A stretch of DNA of 62,031 nucleotides, the filler included, from Choristocarpus tenellus KU-1152 (lineage: Eukaryota > Protista > Phaeophyceae): the NCBI GenBank assembly GCA_964200185.2. It is 10 parts of 10 records of this genome, joined end to end, with 100 filler letters (N's around TTAATTAATTAA, not from the genome) between each part and the next. Parts side by side here need not be neighbours in the genome. Positions count along the whole stretch, not along the records: positions 46,409 to 56,308 come from CAXNAD020003296.1; positions 56,409 to 62,031 come from CAXNAD020010214.1; 8 more parts are not named here. One strand, 5' to 3'. Below are positions 49,730 to 62,031 of this stretch, one piece after another; position 1 is the stretch's first letter, and every line of letters starts with the position of its first letter. The translations under genes and the position numbers were made by a program. Under the pieces are notes generated by a model. The model was not told where the DNA came from and made no database searches. It was given only the letters and a program-made list of their open reading frames with translations.

Positions 49730-51476
49730 AACTCCTCCATGAGATAAGCACAACATCACACTCCAGAGTTCTAGAAGCACGTACATGTATATGTGTACCA
49801 GGAGGCAGTCACCTGGGGCCCAGATACTCAATGACACCCCCCTCTATGACAGGATGACTCATTAGGTTTGGAGGTAGTAGGACACACTATACGTTACATA
49901 GGTTAATGTTGCGGATAACACAAAGGTTTAGTGGTGTTTACATCATTGCGCCTATTGGTGGTCCAATGATTGGACATCCATCTGCTACATGTTTTGCTTG
50001 ATGTTCCTTTACTCCAAGGCTGATTTGTCCTTAAATTGGACCAATGAACCTGAAAAAAAACTACTCACTACCAAGGAAGAAAATGTATGTCATCTTTCAA
50101 GGTCGATTGTTTTATCTGGGTTAGGGTTAGGGATAACAGCGCTTGTTTGACTATTGGTAGCCTTGATTGTTTTGAATAAGTGAAACTACAAACAATACAC
50201 AATTGTATTATAGTACTTCGAATTAGTAGGTTTACAGGGGTTAGACAATGTGAATGGGTACAGGCAGCACGTGTATTTCCCCTAACCCCCCTTAATGAAT
50301 TGCCGGCAGTGGTTACTGATTGGGTTTGTACCTCAGGTATGTTGATAACCAGTGGTCCAACAGGAGTTCCTGGGACTACACACCTCCAGGGCAAAGGTTT
50401 CGCACAAGCAACAACTTCAAGCATTCAGAGTAGTTTGATGAAGGGTTGTGTCCCCATGACATTGCAACATCACCTTGATAGGTGATAAACAGAGTGGGAC
50501 AAACTGCTGACCTGAGATTATAGCCAGAACCTGGAATTTAAATCATACCTGTAGACAACTCACAAGATCTTTGACACGGACTATCAAAACAGGAACATGG
50601 TGGACACAAGTGGCCCAAAGATGGAAAAGACAACACAAAAATCACTCCAAGCACAGTAACAAACAGCAGAAAGGCTCCAGGCATTTTTAGAAGGGCTTTC
50701 CTAGACAGTGAGAGAGAGGTAAGTTTGTGCTTGTGTTGACTTAAGATCTCCACAAGCATTTCGTTGAATGAAAAGCAATGCAGTGAAATCATTGCCCATT
50801 CTATGGACCAAATTTGAAGTTCCTGGAGTCGTATGTCACAGGCGACACTATCTCAGCTAACTAGAAAGGCACACATTGCTCCTGCTTATAATGGGGATAA
50901 GAGGTAAGACTGCACACCACAAAATTCAGCACTACCCCGCACCCTGCCTAGTACCAAAGTCCCAACATTATTATCCCTCTCAGCAAAGAGTCGGGACATC
51001 ACCTGGAACAACTTGTGCTGCAAGCCATCACTCATGATAATTGGTTGAGATTAATGAACATATCTCCTTCCCACTTGCACCCTACAAAAAACTTATGTTT
51101 CTTGCTGGTTAGGGAGATGAAGGGGAGGATGTGGTTCGGGCTGTGAATGCGTATCGAGCGCACTCCAAAGTACCCTCATCACCTCGTGTGCAAACGATCA
51201 AGCTGATGTATCCAATCCAAGACAGAGGTAGGCAAAAGATAGTATCAGGGTGGAATTTGATTTGAATAAGGGGGACAAGGTGTACAACCAAACCAATGAA
51301 GGCTCAAATTCAATTCCCCCCATTCTGGGCCTTGCCCATAATTCATCCTCAACCTGGAAGCCGCAGGTACAGGTAGTGGGAGGGAGAAGGAAGTTGATGA
51401 ACAAGAAAATGATGTCACTGGCAACCAGAAGGAGAAGATACGTAATAAAGGGTATCAAGCGCAAGCAGCCAGGTGT

Positions 51477-51738
51477 GAGTCAATGCAATTGGGAAGTACC
51501 CACAGTTGCATTTTAAGGATGTTAGCAAAGATGTGCAAAATCCGACTTTTTAAAAGAAATATGTTCAAGATATTTTCCGAATTGTGTCGGAAAAATTTAA
51601 AAATAACAGAGAAATAAACGCTCTCAAGGCAAACTTAGTACTTCATCCATTGAAACATGGGTGAATTGTGAAATATGGAAAACTGGCTTTAAATGCACAA
51701 CCGAATAAAAACTGGGTACCTCTCATTTTGTTTTAGTC
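51477..51738 (+). mobile_element. MITE family R4
   Basis: GAGTCAATGCAATTGGGAAGTACCCA...TGGGTACCTCTCATTTTGTTTTAGTC; flanks TGT/AGT. Confidence 0.75.
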
Positions 51739-53609
51739 AGTGCTAAACAGAGGGTATAACAGGCGGAAAGGTGGCAAATAGACCATAAATTGCATATTGA
51801 GGCACACTGCCTAGAGATGGTTGGACAATTTCATTCATCGATTTGCTAGAGTGTTGGCTTACAAGAAAGTGGCACTCTTGTTCTCATTGTGGGATGTTAG
51901 GTGGCCTCCTCCCTGGGTCAAAGTCAAGTGTAGTAAAATGACGGAAGATGAAGACCAGTTGGTGCTTGCAAGAGGTATCTTCAACGAGGCCAGTGAGACT
52001 GTGGCGTCAGCAGCTGAGGTACAACGTAAGCAGATCTGGCCAATCATTTGAAGCATGTAGTGTTTTCATGAACTTAGTGTTCTCATGAACTTTTTTTTAG
52101 TTTTAGTTTTAGTTTTAGTTTTGGTATCATGTTTTTCGTTACACTGCCCTGACCCCATACTTAACCCAACAAGAGGCATTACTACTACATAGAAATCCCG
52201 GCATGGCTCTTAGTGGTAGCTACACCTCTTTTGTTGACAATCTTGTAGTCCTTTTTGTGCTGGCAGAACAGATGCACATACCACTACCTTAATTGAGTCG
52301 TTAAAGTAAAATATTATCCCCGCCACCTATTCACCAAAAGCTCAACACATTTTTCTACACAGACAGGTGATCTTGATGTCAAGGGGGTAAATACATCACA
52401 GGCACAGGCTGCGCTAAGATTACAACAACACCTGAGGAAAAACCGCGCAAGGTGTGTGCTATAGCGCACAGGATTGCTTTCACTTCAACCCATTGGAACT
52501 AGAATCATTGAAACTGTCTACTTCGGAGGTTTGTGAAAAGTTTGGTATTTTGATCGCGGAGAGGGAGAATGCGGTAGTAGTTTTGAGCTAGTCACAGTGT
52601 GAGGCACATACCTGATTGCTGTCCCTTTTCTATGCTTCACCTTTTTTTGTCAATTTCTTACACTGTTTTCAAGGCTTGTGCGACTTCAACGCCACTCAAG
52701 CACCACTGATGTAAGGGATTCATCCACTAGTCAGGACCCTACACAAGGGACTGTCCAAGGTATTAACTAGGCACAAATTTGGAATCTCAAAAACATATAC
52801 CATTATGTTGCATGTGCTTGATACCATTGTCACTCACAACCTAGTGACTGCACGGCCAAGGGTCCAACCCTACCATGGTATTCTCAATTGCCCATAACTG
52901 TAGGAGATGCTGGAAGACTACAAAGTCTAGCTGGGGATAAAGGAGGTCTCTTCACAGGTATAACATCTCCTGCACAATCTATGGGGCCATCAAGTGATTG
53001 TACAGATTCACAAACGTTTTCACAAGAATCCCTTAATAGCACCTCTGGGGGTGCACCTCATGTTGGCACTCAAGGAGTCCAGGGATCTATGACAGCATTG
53101 TGTAAACCAGAGAGTATTCAATGTGCAATTTCTTCTTCTACTGACGGGTGGACTTCTGGGTCTCAACAACTGTACACATCCCAGGAATTGTCCTCAAAGG
53201 TAGCCACTTTTGTGCATTTGATGACCCTCTAGGAGTTATTATCTTTTGATTTCCCCCCCCCCAGATTTATCTACTATAACCTATTGTGAATCCAGTACAA
53301 TGTTGTCATAACTTTCCAGTGTATGTAAATTGTGCCAGGGCATGTGTCCTCTTGGCCTGTCTTTGTATGCTGGCTCTTTCTTGTTCATATTTTCTGTCAC
53401 TAGTTCCTCTTCAGGTATCAAATTGTACTGATCCACAGGATTTCACTGCACCTGTCTTCCACATGCAAGCCACCCAACCATTACATGTGTGCTATTGCCT
53501 CTCAATGTTTTGAACACCCTCAAAGGTCTCTGAGGAAGAGTCACCAAAAAAAAAGAGAGTTATTCTGGAGTGTCGCCTGTGCAGAACAAGGTACAAATAG
53601 CAGACAAAA

Positions 53610-53867
53610 GAGCCAAAGTATCTAGAGGGTAGAGCCGCGTCCATTTGGGGGCCAAAATCCAATGTTGCGATTTTGATGTAATTTTGGCTATCGTGTTTGC
53701 TAGGAAGTGTCAATATCCATATTCTGGACATACCTTTTCATAACATATATATTTTACCTACTCCGAAACATTTTGGAGTAGGAAAATGCCGTAAAAGAGC
53801 CCATGAGAAGCCAAGCCCCAAATGGACAATCAGGGCAAAACTCGTATCCTCTAAGATACTTTCACTC
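53610..53867 (-). mobile_element. MITE family R1 (intronic, inverted)
   Basis: GAGCCAAAGTATCT...AGATACTTTCACTC; TSD AAA/AAA. Confidence 0.9.
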
Positions 53868-56127
53868 AAAAGGCAAACAGGCAAACATCTCCAAGGAAGG
53901 AACATTCTTTCAATGCCATTGTGGTTAATATTCAAGTTCATAGATGAAAGGCCAGTAGTTGACTGCGTGTGCGCTCCTGATTGTAACAATGGCCATCAAA
54001 AGCTGTGGGAAAATGCTTTTCTAGGTGAGGAATGTGTCCTTTGAGTCCATCTATAACAAGTTTGCATTTGTCTTTGACATTGCTTGCAGGGAATCTTCCT
54101 TCTGGTGTTCAGGATGCAAAGCAACATATTGCATCATCTGCTTTGAGCGAGTCCCTCACCACCAGGGCAAGGGACTTGCTGCTGATCCAGTCCTCCTCCA
54201 GGTTGGGTTAGAGCATTGATTCACCAGGAAGAATGATTTTGGTCACAGAAATGTTCTCAACTTTGACGAATGTATTTTCTTGTACATAGGTCTAGTGTCA
54301 AATGCACAACAAGGGGTATAGTTGGCATGTGAACACTACACAGATTCTAGATAGAAATTTTCGGACAGTGTGTGCAAAATTCAAGAATGCATGGCCAATC
54401 CAGGCTTTCAATCGCAGCCTTGCACCCTCCATTCAAGGGAGCCATGGAGCAGGATACGATGAGCCTGGAACCAGAAAGCCAGCCATGCAGGTGAGCTGTG
54501 CATTCTTTGTGTGAGATTCCAGGAGGTACAGTCTTCAGGGAAAGATGGCAAAGAACCTCAGAGATACCAGATTACACTTCTGAGAAGAGTAGCAGTTAGC
54601 GCAAGTCATTGCCAGTTATGGTCTCATTGATTCAGCTCCCCATGCCTGTGTTGTTCTAGGGGACTTGTTACCTGGCAACACAGAACATGACCATTGCTAC
54701 TTCAGTAGTTTTCCTTGAATGTTTAGGCAATTTTCTATTGCAACAAAAATAAAATAAAGGGGTACATCTCCCCTAGAAGTATTTTACTCTTTCAATATTT
54801 CCTGAAATCACTCCTGCTGTCCATGGCTTGCACAAACAACAACCGGGTGGTTGCATATCAGGTAACATATCCCTACTGATGAACAAACACCTGCAGAGGG
54901 GGGGTGGAGAACTATCTGTTGGTCGTTGTTGGTCGTTGCCAAACTGACAGACAGTAAGTACCATGGCGGAAATCTCCTGACCTCTCCAATGCAGGTCTTG
55001 ATTGGTCCCACAAAACCCAGTTATGGTCATCTGGAGTATATCATACAACTTTACCCACTCAAAAATCTGCAGATTTTGACTCGTTTTTTCTTCTCTCAAC
55101 CAATAGTTTCGTACAGCTCTTTGATGGGAGGTTATTCCTACTTGAGTCCCTACGGTTACTCTGCTCATCTAACAAGAACTTGATCATTCCATGATTGGCG
55201 CAGGTCTTCCCAACCATCAGCGATAGGCTGTATGGCTAAGATATGTTGCCAATGGGTGAAGCCTGTGTCCAGACCTTTAATATTTTATCATTGTTGGCAG
55301 GTGCATCCCACTGATGGAAAGGGCTCAGCAGATAGTATTCAGTGCCTGTGTTTGAATAAGAAAAAAAAAATTCTGACCAATGTGTGTGTCCCCTGTTCAA
55401 TGCAACTTCAAATTCAACCTCTGGAACTGAGAAGTGACAGTAAAGGTATGCCGAACAAGTGTCAGAGCACCGTCACACAGAAGGCCATGGGATTACTTTG
55501 CCGTGGCCGACCACCAGGCATTGTGCCCAGAGGGACCAGTGCTTCATCCTCTACACCTCAGCCTCTTTTCACAACAATACCAGTGAGTCAATTATGGCTG
55601 CACAATTCCCGTCTAATTTCAACTATTCTGGTTTTTGTTCGTGTGAGAAAAATATATATATATACCTAATTCAACGCCTCATCTTCCATCCTTTGGTCGC
55701 AGGTGAGCATTGGAAATCTGGGAATCAATGTGAACAGTTCAGGTGGTAAAATGAGTGGCAATGAGTCAACCTGCCAGCAGCACAAGGTTTGACCACACTG
55801 AAGAGCCTTCTCATTTTGTGATGATAGTGTATGTCCTGTTGTAGTTGATCTCTTCCAACTCCTGAGATCTTGGTCATCATCATGATGTTCTTTTTCCCTC
55901 GACAGGTGCAGAGGGCGCATGTACTTTCTTCAGATGAGTTGGCAGCCTTTCATTCAGTTCCTGCCCTGCAATATGATGCATGTGTAGGTCACGTCTGCTC
56001 AGCCAGGGATGTCCACAATGTTAAGGTAGGCGTGTCTATATGAGGTATCTTAGCGTGTCGACCCAAAACAGTGCATACTGATCTGTCTGTGCTTTCTGTA
56101 GATCAAGTATCTTCACTGCCCTGTGGT

Positions 56128-56288
56128 GGCTCGAAAGTATCTGGGGGGGGTGGCGGATGTCCATTTTTCTATGTCGCGATTTTTGGGTGAGTTTGGTTGC
56201 ATGCATCGGATTGAAAATGTAAGTGTACATCTCCTGGTCAGGGCCTGAATGGACGCCCTGGTGTAGAACCGCCCCCCCCCCCCCCCCA
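56128..56288 (+). mobile_element. MITE family R2, right TIR missing
   Basis: GGCTCGAAAGTATCTGGGG followed by the R2 body. Confidence 0.75.
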
Positions 56289-56470
56289 TCCCTGTGTCAC
56301 TGTCTTTCNNNNNNNNNNNNNNNNNNNNNNNNNNNNNNNNNNNNNNNNNNNNTTAATTAATTAANNNNNNNNNNNNNNNNNNNNNNNNNNNNNNNNNNNN
56401 NNNNNNNNAGCACCACAAGCCCTGCCCCTAGGCCTCCCTTGCCCTCCCCTTGCCCCCCCCCCCCCAAATG

Positions 56471-56689
56471 CTTTGACCGATTTGCATTTTAAGCCAGTTT
56501 TCCGTTCTTTTGCAATTCACATATATTTCTATGAATGAAGTTCTAAGTTTGAGTTGAGATCATTCATTTCTCTATTATTTGAAAATTTTCTACTACGTAG
56601 TATACACATTTGTAAGAAAGGCCGAATTTTTCACAATTTGTCAGCATCCTTGAAATGCAAATCTGGGCACCTCTCATTTACTTTGACTT
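56471..56689 (-). mobile_element. MITE family R4, inverted, partial
   Basis: Ends CTGGGCACCTCTCATTTACTTTGACTT; the body is the reverse complement of the copy at 51477. Confidence 0.7.
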
Positions 56690-56819
56690 ATTGTAAGTAT
56701 TGACACTTATCCATGTATCTCACATTACATATCCTCACACTCTAATGACAAGCTGTGAGATATCTCCACTTTTCGATGGAACAATTTTTTAATAATTCCA
56801 CATGTTTCTTTTGGGTTTT

Positions 56820-57078
56820 GAGCCAAAGTATCTTAGAGGGTAGGGTCGCGTCCATTTGGGGGCCAAAATCCAATGTTGCAATTTTGATGTAATTTTGGTT
56901 ATTGTGTTTGTTCGGAAGTGTCAATATCTTTGTTCCGAATACATATTTTCATAACGTATACATCTTACCTACTCCGAAACATTTTGGAGTAGGAAAGTGT
57001 AATTTAAAAAAACATGGGAAGCCAAGCCACAAATGGACAAAAAGGGCAAAACTCGTACCCTCTAAGACACTTTCACTC
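56820..57078 (-). mobile_element. MITE family R1 (inverted)
   Basis: GAGCCAAAGTATCTTAGAGGGTA...AGACACTTTCACTC; TSD TTT/TTT. Confidence 0.9.
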
Positions 57079-57858
57079 TTTTTTCTGATCTCAAGTAACT
57101 ACAGGGATAGAAGGAAACCGCCTCATGTCTAGCATTAGCTACCAATTTCTCTCTCTACTATCGAACTTTGGGGATGGATAAGACAGGTTCCACATCTAAG
57201 AATGTTCAACTGTACACCTCAAAGATAATAATGAATTTTTGTAAGTCTCCCTTTGACATTGTTGCATTTTCCATGTGGCACCATGCAATAGTCCAATGGA
57301 GAACCTGTAAAGATGAGCAGGTGTTCTACAACATATATTGAACTTAAACTTTGCTGCACAACTTCATACATTTAGACCCCATGCTACCACCCTGCAAACT
57401 GGGTGGTAAAAAGCATATGCAAGTAACAAGAGAATCTGCTCCTGGGTACAGCATAGATTTTCGGTGTTTTCCATATTACAATCAAAGAGAACTCGGTCAA
57501 CTTTGATTTACTTAGTGCTGAGAGTTAAATATCACCAGGCCCCACCTAGTTCCCTGACTCCACTTGCGCGCGTTGACCCCATACTGGGTAAGTTGACTAT
57601 AAAATGCCTTGAACATGAATATGTTGCGGAAGATTTGCGAAGAGATGCATACACATCTTTGTGTGGTGGGCATTAGAATTTTATTGAGATGGTAAACCAC
57701 CAATTTGTTCTGTCAAAATTTATACTCGATACAAAATTGCTCAGCAAATTTTGGTCATTAGGCATTGTATAGTATGTAAATTCAGTAGAATGCCCCTGTG
57801 ACACATCTAACATTTGATACATTTATCCCGTCCCACACAACTACTACAACGCATATAG

Positions 57859-57957
57859 GTGTACCTTAAGCTTCCAGCATACACCTCGCCTAAGGCCCTG
57901 GAGACCAAGCTCCTGCATGCCATTGCAGAGGGTCAGGATCATTTTGCTCTGGATTGA
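57859..57957 (+). CDS. Terminal exon of a HECT E3 ubiquitin ligase (UPL3/Ufd4/TRIP12-like)
   Basis: tag|VYLKLPAYTSPKALETKLLHAIAEGQDHFALD* matches the HECT C-terminus YLKLPxY...KLLxAIxEGQxxFxLx. It is too short for the ORF track. Confidence 0.85.
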   Translation: MYLKLPAYTSPKALETKLLHAIAEGQDHFALD

Positions 57958-59236
57958 AATATGCCAGGGAGCTTGATGCAAGCCTACCATTTTCGTTTTG
58001 TTACACTTTCATTCCTGGAATAGTCCCTCTGCCTTGAGTTATTGATTGCAGTTCCCAGGATATAGCAAAGTTAGACCTTGACACCAACAGAGCATGTATG
58101 GCCCATTTTGGCTCTTAATATGGAGGTGTTGTAGAGCACCATGTAAGATTGGTGGGCAGTAATGGCAAACATCCGTAGGGGGGAAGGGGGGGAAGGGATA
58201 GGTTACAAGCATAAACAGATCTACGGGACATGTATATGCTGGTGAGTTGGCAAGGTTGAGAGACAGGGCCTACGCTGTATGCCAGTACAAGTCACTTTGC
58301 TGTTGATATGGTGCAAGGGCTGGGTGGGTTCAGGATTGGACTCCATTGAGTTTGATGCAGACTTTGGAGTAAAGGAACTACATACTGGGTTTGCTGTCCA
58401 GAGCTTGTAACTGGTTGAGGAAAAATCGAAGAAAGAGAGTGGGGGGAGGTGGAGGCAAGGGTTGTCGCTTTTAGTGATGTGGATAGACATTCAATATTAT
58501 ATATGTGTACTTGAAAGTATGTGGTATCAGTTGCTGATCTGTGGGTCATGCTTTTGTTTTGGACGTTACCAATGGTGGTATATACAGTGTGTTTTGTACT
58601 TTGTATTGTTTTGTATTTCGTGTTCAGGTGTGCTCACATACGTTTGTTGTACAACACACTACTACTTCAATTTATATGTTAGTGTGATTATAAGGAGAGT
58701 GAATTGAGAAGTAGTGCACTTAGCAGGAGGCATTGTATATGTACGTATGTGCCCCCAGCTTGGAGTTTTCTATGTTAAACGTTGCTTGCTTCTCATTCTC
58801 AATCTGCTGTGGAGACCCTATAAACAAAGGTTTGGGGTCATCACCATGCGGATGCACAGGTAACATACTACACTTGATTGTAAAGTATAGCTTGATTACT
58901 TGGTGAAACCACCCTCTAACTTGCTATGCAGACTGTGACTGCAAAAGCTTCCTCGCCTTGAAGGCATTATGTGTGTGGCATATATTGCATGCTTGTGAAA
59001 ATGATTCGCATGTAGTGTGATATTTGGAATATTCATCCTGTGCAAGAACCTTGCTGTACGACCTTCTGTGTACACCCAGTACATCGTTTTTTGCACGGTA
59101 CGACTGCCAAGCAAACTACCGTACCTCTCCCCATGGAGATAAATCCAGTGCTTCGAGCCTCTACTGATCTACATGCCTCCTGAGCTCAAGTCTCTGTAGT
59201 ACCTATCCTACCTTTGCAGGATTGGGATATTGTAAC

Positions 59237-59416
59237 GGGCTCAAGTACCTGGGAGGAGAGTGACGGCTGTCCATTCAGGGCCCATTTTCCAATGTCGAGA
59301 TTTTTGGGTGATTTTGGTTGCATGTGTCGGATGGATAATGTAAGTGCACTTCTGATCAGGTCCCGAATGGATGCCCTGTTGTGCACCCCCCACCACCCCC
59401 CCACATACTTCGAGCC
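59237..59416 (+). mobile_element. MITE family R2, complete, diverged
   Basis: GGGCTCAAGTACCTGGG...CCCACATACTTCGAGCC; TSD AAC/AAC. Confidence 0.8.
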
Positions 59417-61078
59417 AACCACTAAGGTATGATGAGCAATTTCTGTGTTTTCAGTTAAAATCCAACACTCGTGCAAAGGTACAGATCAAACCTGGTCAAC
59501 ACCAGAGGGATTTTCATTTTTGGAAAATCCCATTTCGATGGTTCACGTTGCAAAGCACTACAGAATGTACGTCTGTACTATACTGTACGCCGCTGAACCA
59601 AAAATTTAGGAAACCTGAAACATCACGGCAAAGGCTCATTGCAGATCAACGCACCCACAAAAAGTACAGCACAAGATTGAAGGGGGGAGGGGAGCAGATA
59701 GCAGTGGGATGGCTAAAACTATCACATGAGAGAGAAGACGGCATACATAGGGCAGTGCAGTAGTCGATTGTGAGAATGAAGAATAGCAACAATCAGGTCC
59801 CCTGGATGATAAACAAGGGTGGTTGATCACACAAAGCTACTAACCTTCCTTACACAAGGGCGAGAGTCTTAAGGGACTCAGGCAATCTTTTATACATTGT
59901 CATTGGTGATATGTGCCTGATTTATACAGTGCAGTCTAATCCTCAAAGTGGGATCCCCTGGCATGGAAGGCAACATTCCACCTCCCCCCCAAAAAATGTA
60001 CATGTCAAGGGGGAATAGAACTAACTGCTTCCCCTGCAGACATAGGAGGGGATCACGAATGATACTACCGAAATGTTGATTCCTTAGGGTGGCTCATCCA
60101 AGAGACTTCCTCTGAGTGGTCAGCAAGTTCTTCGCCGCAAAGTATATTGAGACAACGTCTCCCAATGCACTGGTTGACAGCTTAGTACCAACCAGGGGCA
60201 CGTAGATCAAGAAGGAGAAGAGGCAACTAGAGCTATCAATGATGCCATTGACGTTGGCAATAGATATGGAGCAACATGAAAGGTTGGATTGTGCCTTTAT
60301 CCCGTATCTTATGCCTTCTTGGATATCATTATCTTTTTGTGTATTTCTTGGTAGGAGAGATGGGTTTGGGGTTGGGAATAGGAATGGGGTTTGATGATTA
60401 TGTCTGGAATTACTCATTTTTTTCCATCTCTTAAGGTTGCAGTTGTTGATTTGTTCGGTCCTCTTCTCTTGTATGAAGGGGTACAACACTGTGGAGTGAG
60501 GTCTTAACATGGGGAAAAATTCCAGGAACGAGAGATTATATGAAGGACAAGGTAGAAGAATCAAAGTTTTTGAAAGGAAGGAAGACTTCTCATTTCCAAG
60601 GACGGTCTTCACATTTGGCTACCTCATCATGGCAGAACCAATAATTGAATGATGGAATACTATCTCCCTTTTTTTTTAAATAAAATCGTTAAAAAGAGTA
60701 ACGTTTTCCCTGTCCAGATTGGGTCTAAATATTATGGATTCATACCAGCATTCATCATTTCCAAATTGTGTTCTTCGCAGATACCATACCTATCGAGAAT
60801 ATATTGCAAATTCTTGTAATAGAAGAAAATGTACGAAAAAAAGCAGTTGATGGAAGAGAAAAGGATTGTGTTCTTAAGGATAGAATATCTGTATTGATAC
60901 ATGACCTGAGCTAGAGTAAAAAAGGAGTTAGGGATAAGAAACATTAGCAAATGTCATTAAGGGTTTAGTAATATGTGATCAACGGAATGAGTGATTGGTG
61001 ACAAAGGACCAGTTTACTCATTTACCTTCCTTACTCCATCTACACCCTGTCCAGCCCAACAAGGTTGATCAAATCATT

Positions 61079-61334
61079 GAGTGCAAGTATCTTAGAGGGT
61101 ACGAGTTTTGCCCTGTTTGTCCATTTGGGCTTGGCTTCCCATGGTGCATTTTACGACATTTTCCTACTCCAAAATATTTCGGAGTAGGTAAAATGTATAC
61201 TATGAAAATATGTGTCCAGAACAAGGATATTGACACTTACTAACAAACGTGATAGCCAAAATTACATCAAAATTGCAACATTGGATTTTGGCCCCCAAAT
61301 AGACGCGGCCCTGCCCTCTAAGATACGTTGGCTC
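61079..61334 (+). mobile_element. MITE family R1
   Basis: GAGTGCAAGTATCTTAGAGGGTA...AGATACGTTGGCTC; TSD ATT/ATT. Confidence 0.9.
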
Positions 61335-61965
61335 ATTTGTATACACAGGTATTGGAAAACACCTTTATCAGTAGTGGTGGATAACGCCTTGATGGACAAT
61401 CACAATGTTTCTAAATCACTGTGACTTTGATTATTATTTGTAGTTTTTGATTGGAAAACATTGGACCGGTCAACGTAGGTCGGCTAAGGGTGATAACAAT
61501 ATCTTAAAATCTACCTCTACCTATGAAAGTCCATGAAGAATTGTTGAAGAAACCCACAGAGACCATCACGCATCACTGTATGGAGAAATTGTTACCTTGT
61601 TATGTGCTACCTCTATGCCAGAGGTTATTGCCCACCCCATCAATCCACGATCGAAGTCCACAATCATCAGAGTAATTCTTCATACCAATCAGCAGTTCCT
61701 ATGAATTCTAAAATCCAGTAGAATATGTATAAAAAAGAGTGACGCCAACAGAAAAAAAAATGTGTATTACTACCTGCACTATGAACTGCTACGAGCACCC
61801 CTGCTTGATACAGGACCGACCTTCGGCAGTGTACAAAGTCACCGTGTAACCTACTTCTTTTATTTGAGAAAGACTTCAATTTGGGAGCTTCCTCCCTATA
61901 TTGCAGCATATAGCATTGATCGTGTCTTGATCTGTGTCAGCATAAGAACTAGCCTTTGTACTTTT

Positions 61966-62031
61966 AGCTCAAAGTATCTGGGGGCGGGGGGGGGGGGGGG
62001 GGGTGGGGGGGGGGGGGGGGGGGGGGGAAAG
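61966..62031 (+). mobile_element. MITE left terminus (R2-type) running into poly-G
   Basis: AGCTCAAAGTATCTGGGG followed by a G tract. Confidence 0.65.

Larger units (their letters stand above)
51110..55600 (+). pseudogene. Multi-exon decayed gene with a B-box-like zinc finger
   Basis: Phase-compatible exons at ~52366-52451, 52674-52759, 52903-53199, 53415-53590, 54090-54201 and 54290-54490 include ILECRLCRTR|ESSFWCSGCKATYCIICFERVPHH. In-frame stops at ~53511 and ~54293. Confidence 0.45.

Noticed and set aside
114-61909. Most 60-130 aa ORFs in the supplied track
   Set aside because: Prokaryote-style calls on intronic, antisense or MITE sequence; the recurring ...HFPTPK.FGVGK... peptides are translations of non-coding R1 copies.

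Overview
This is eukaryotic nuclear DNA, not prokaryotic. The window is 10 separate contigs joined by nine artificial 100-nt spacers (44 N + TTAATTAATTAA + 44 N), so gene order across spacers means nothing. Intron-rich GT-AG genes, a heterokont-type plastid presequence and TTAGGG repeats suggest a photosynthetic stramenopile, probably a brown alga or relative (inference). Genes reconstructed by hand-splicing: a BRE1/HUB1-like E3 ligase (5' part), a thylakoid-lumen pentapeptide-repeat protein, an internal part of DNA-PKcs (PRKDC), the last exon of a UPL3/TRIP12-like HECT ligase, and the C-terminal half of a bacterial-type alpha/beta hydrolase. Much of the rest is transposon debris (Ty3/Gypsy integrase, Copia, IS630/Tc1 fragments). 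Two observations stand out. (1) A CpG-rich, intron-containing, disrupted gene at 17.5-20.7 kb follows the topology of a beta-class DNA amino-methyltransferase with degenerate catalytic and SAM motifs, followed by a possible SET-like region and an acidic tail. (2) Four internally unrelated MITE families share a 5'-GR(G/C)YCAAAGTA-type terminus, and intact copies (mainly R1) show sequence-variable 3-bp target duplications, suggesting one atypical mobilising transposase. All protein assignments come from motif recall, not database searches.
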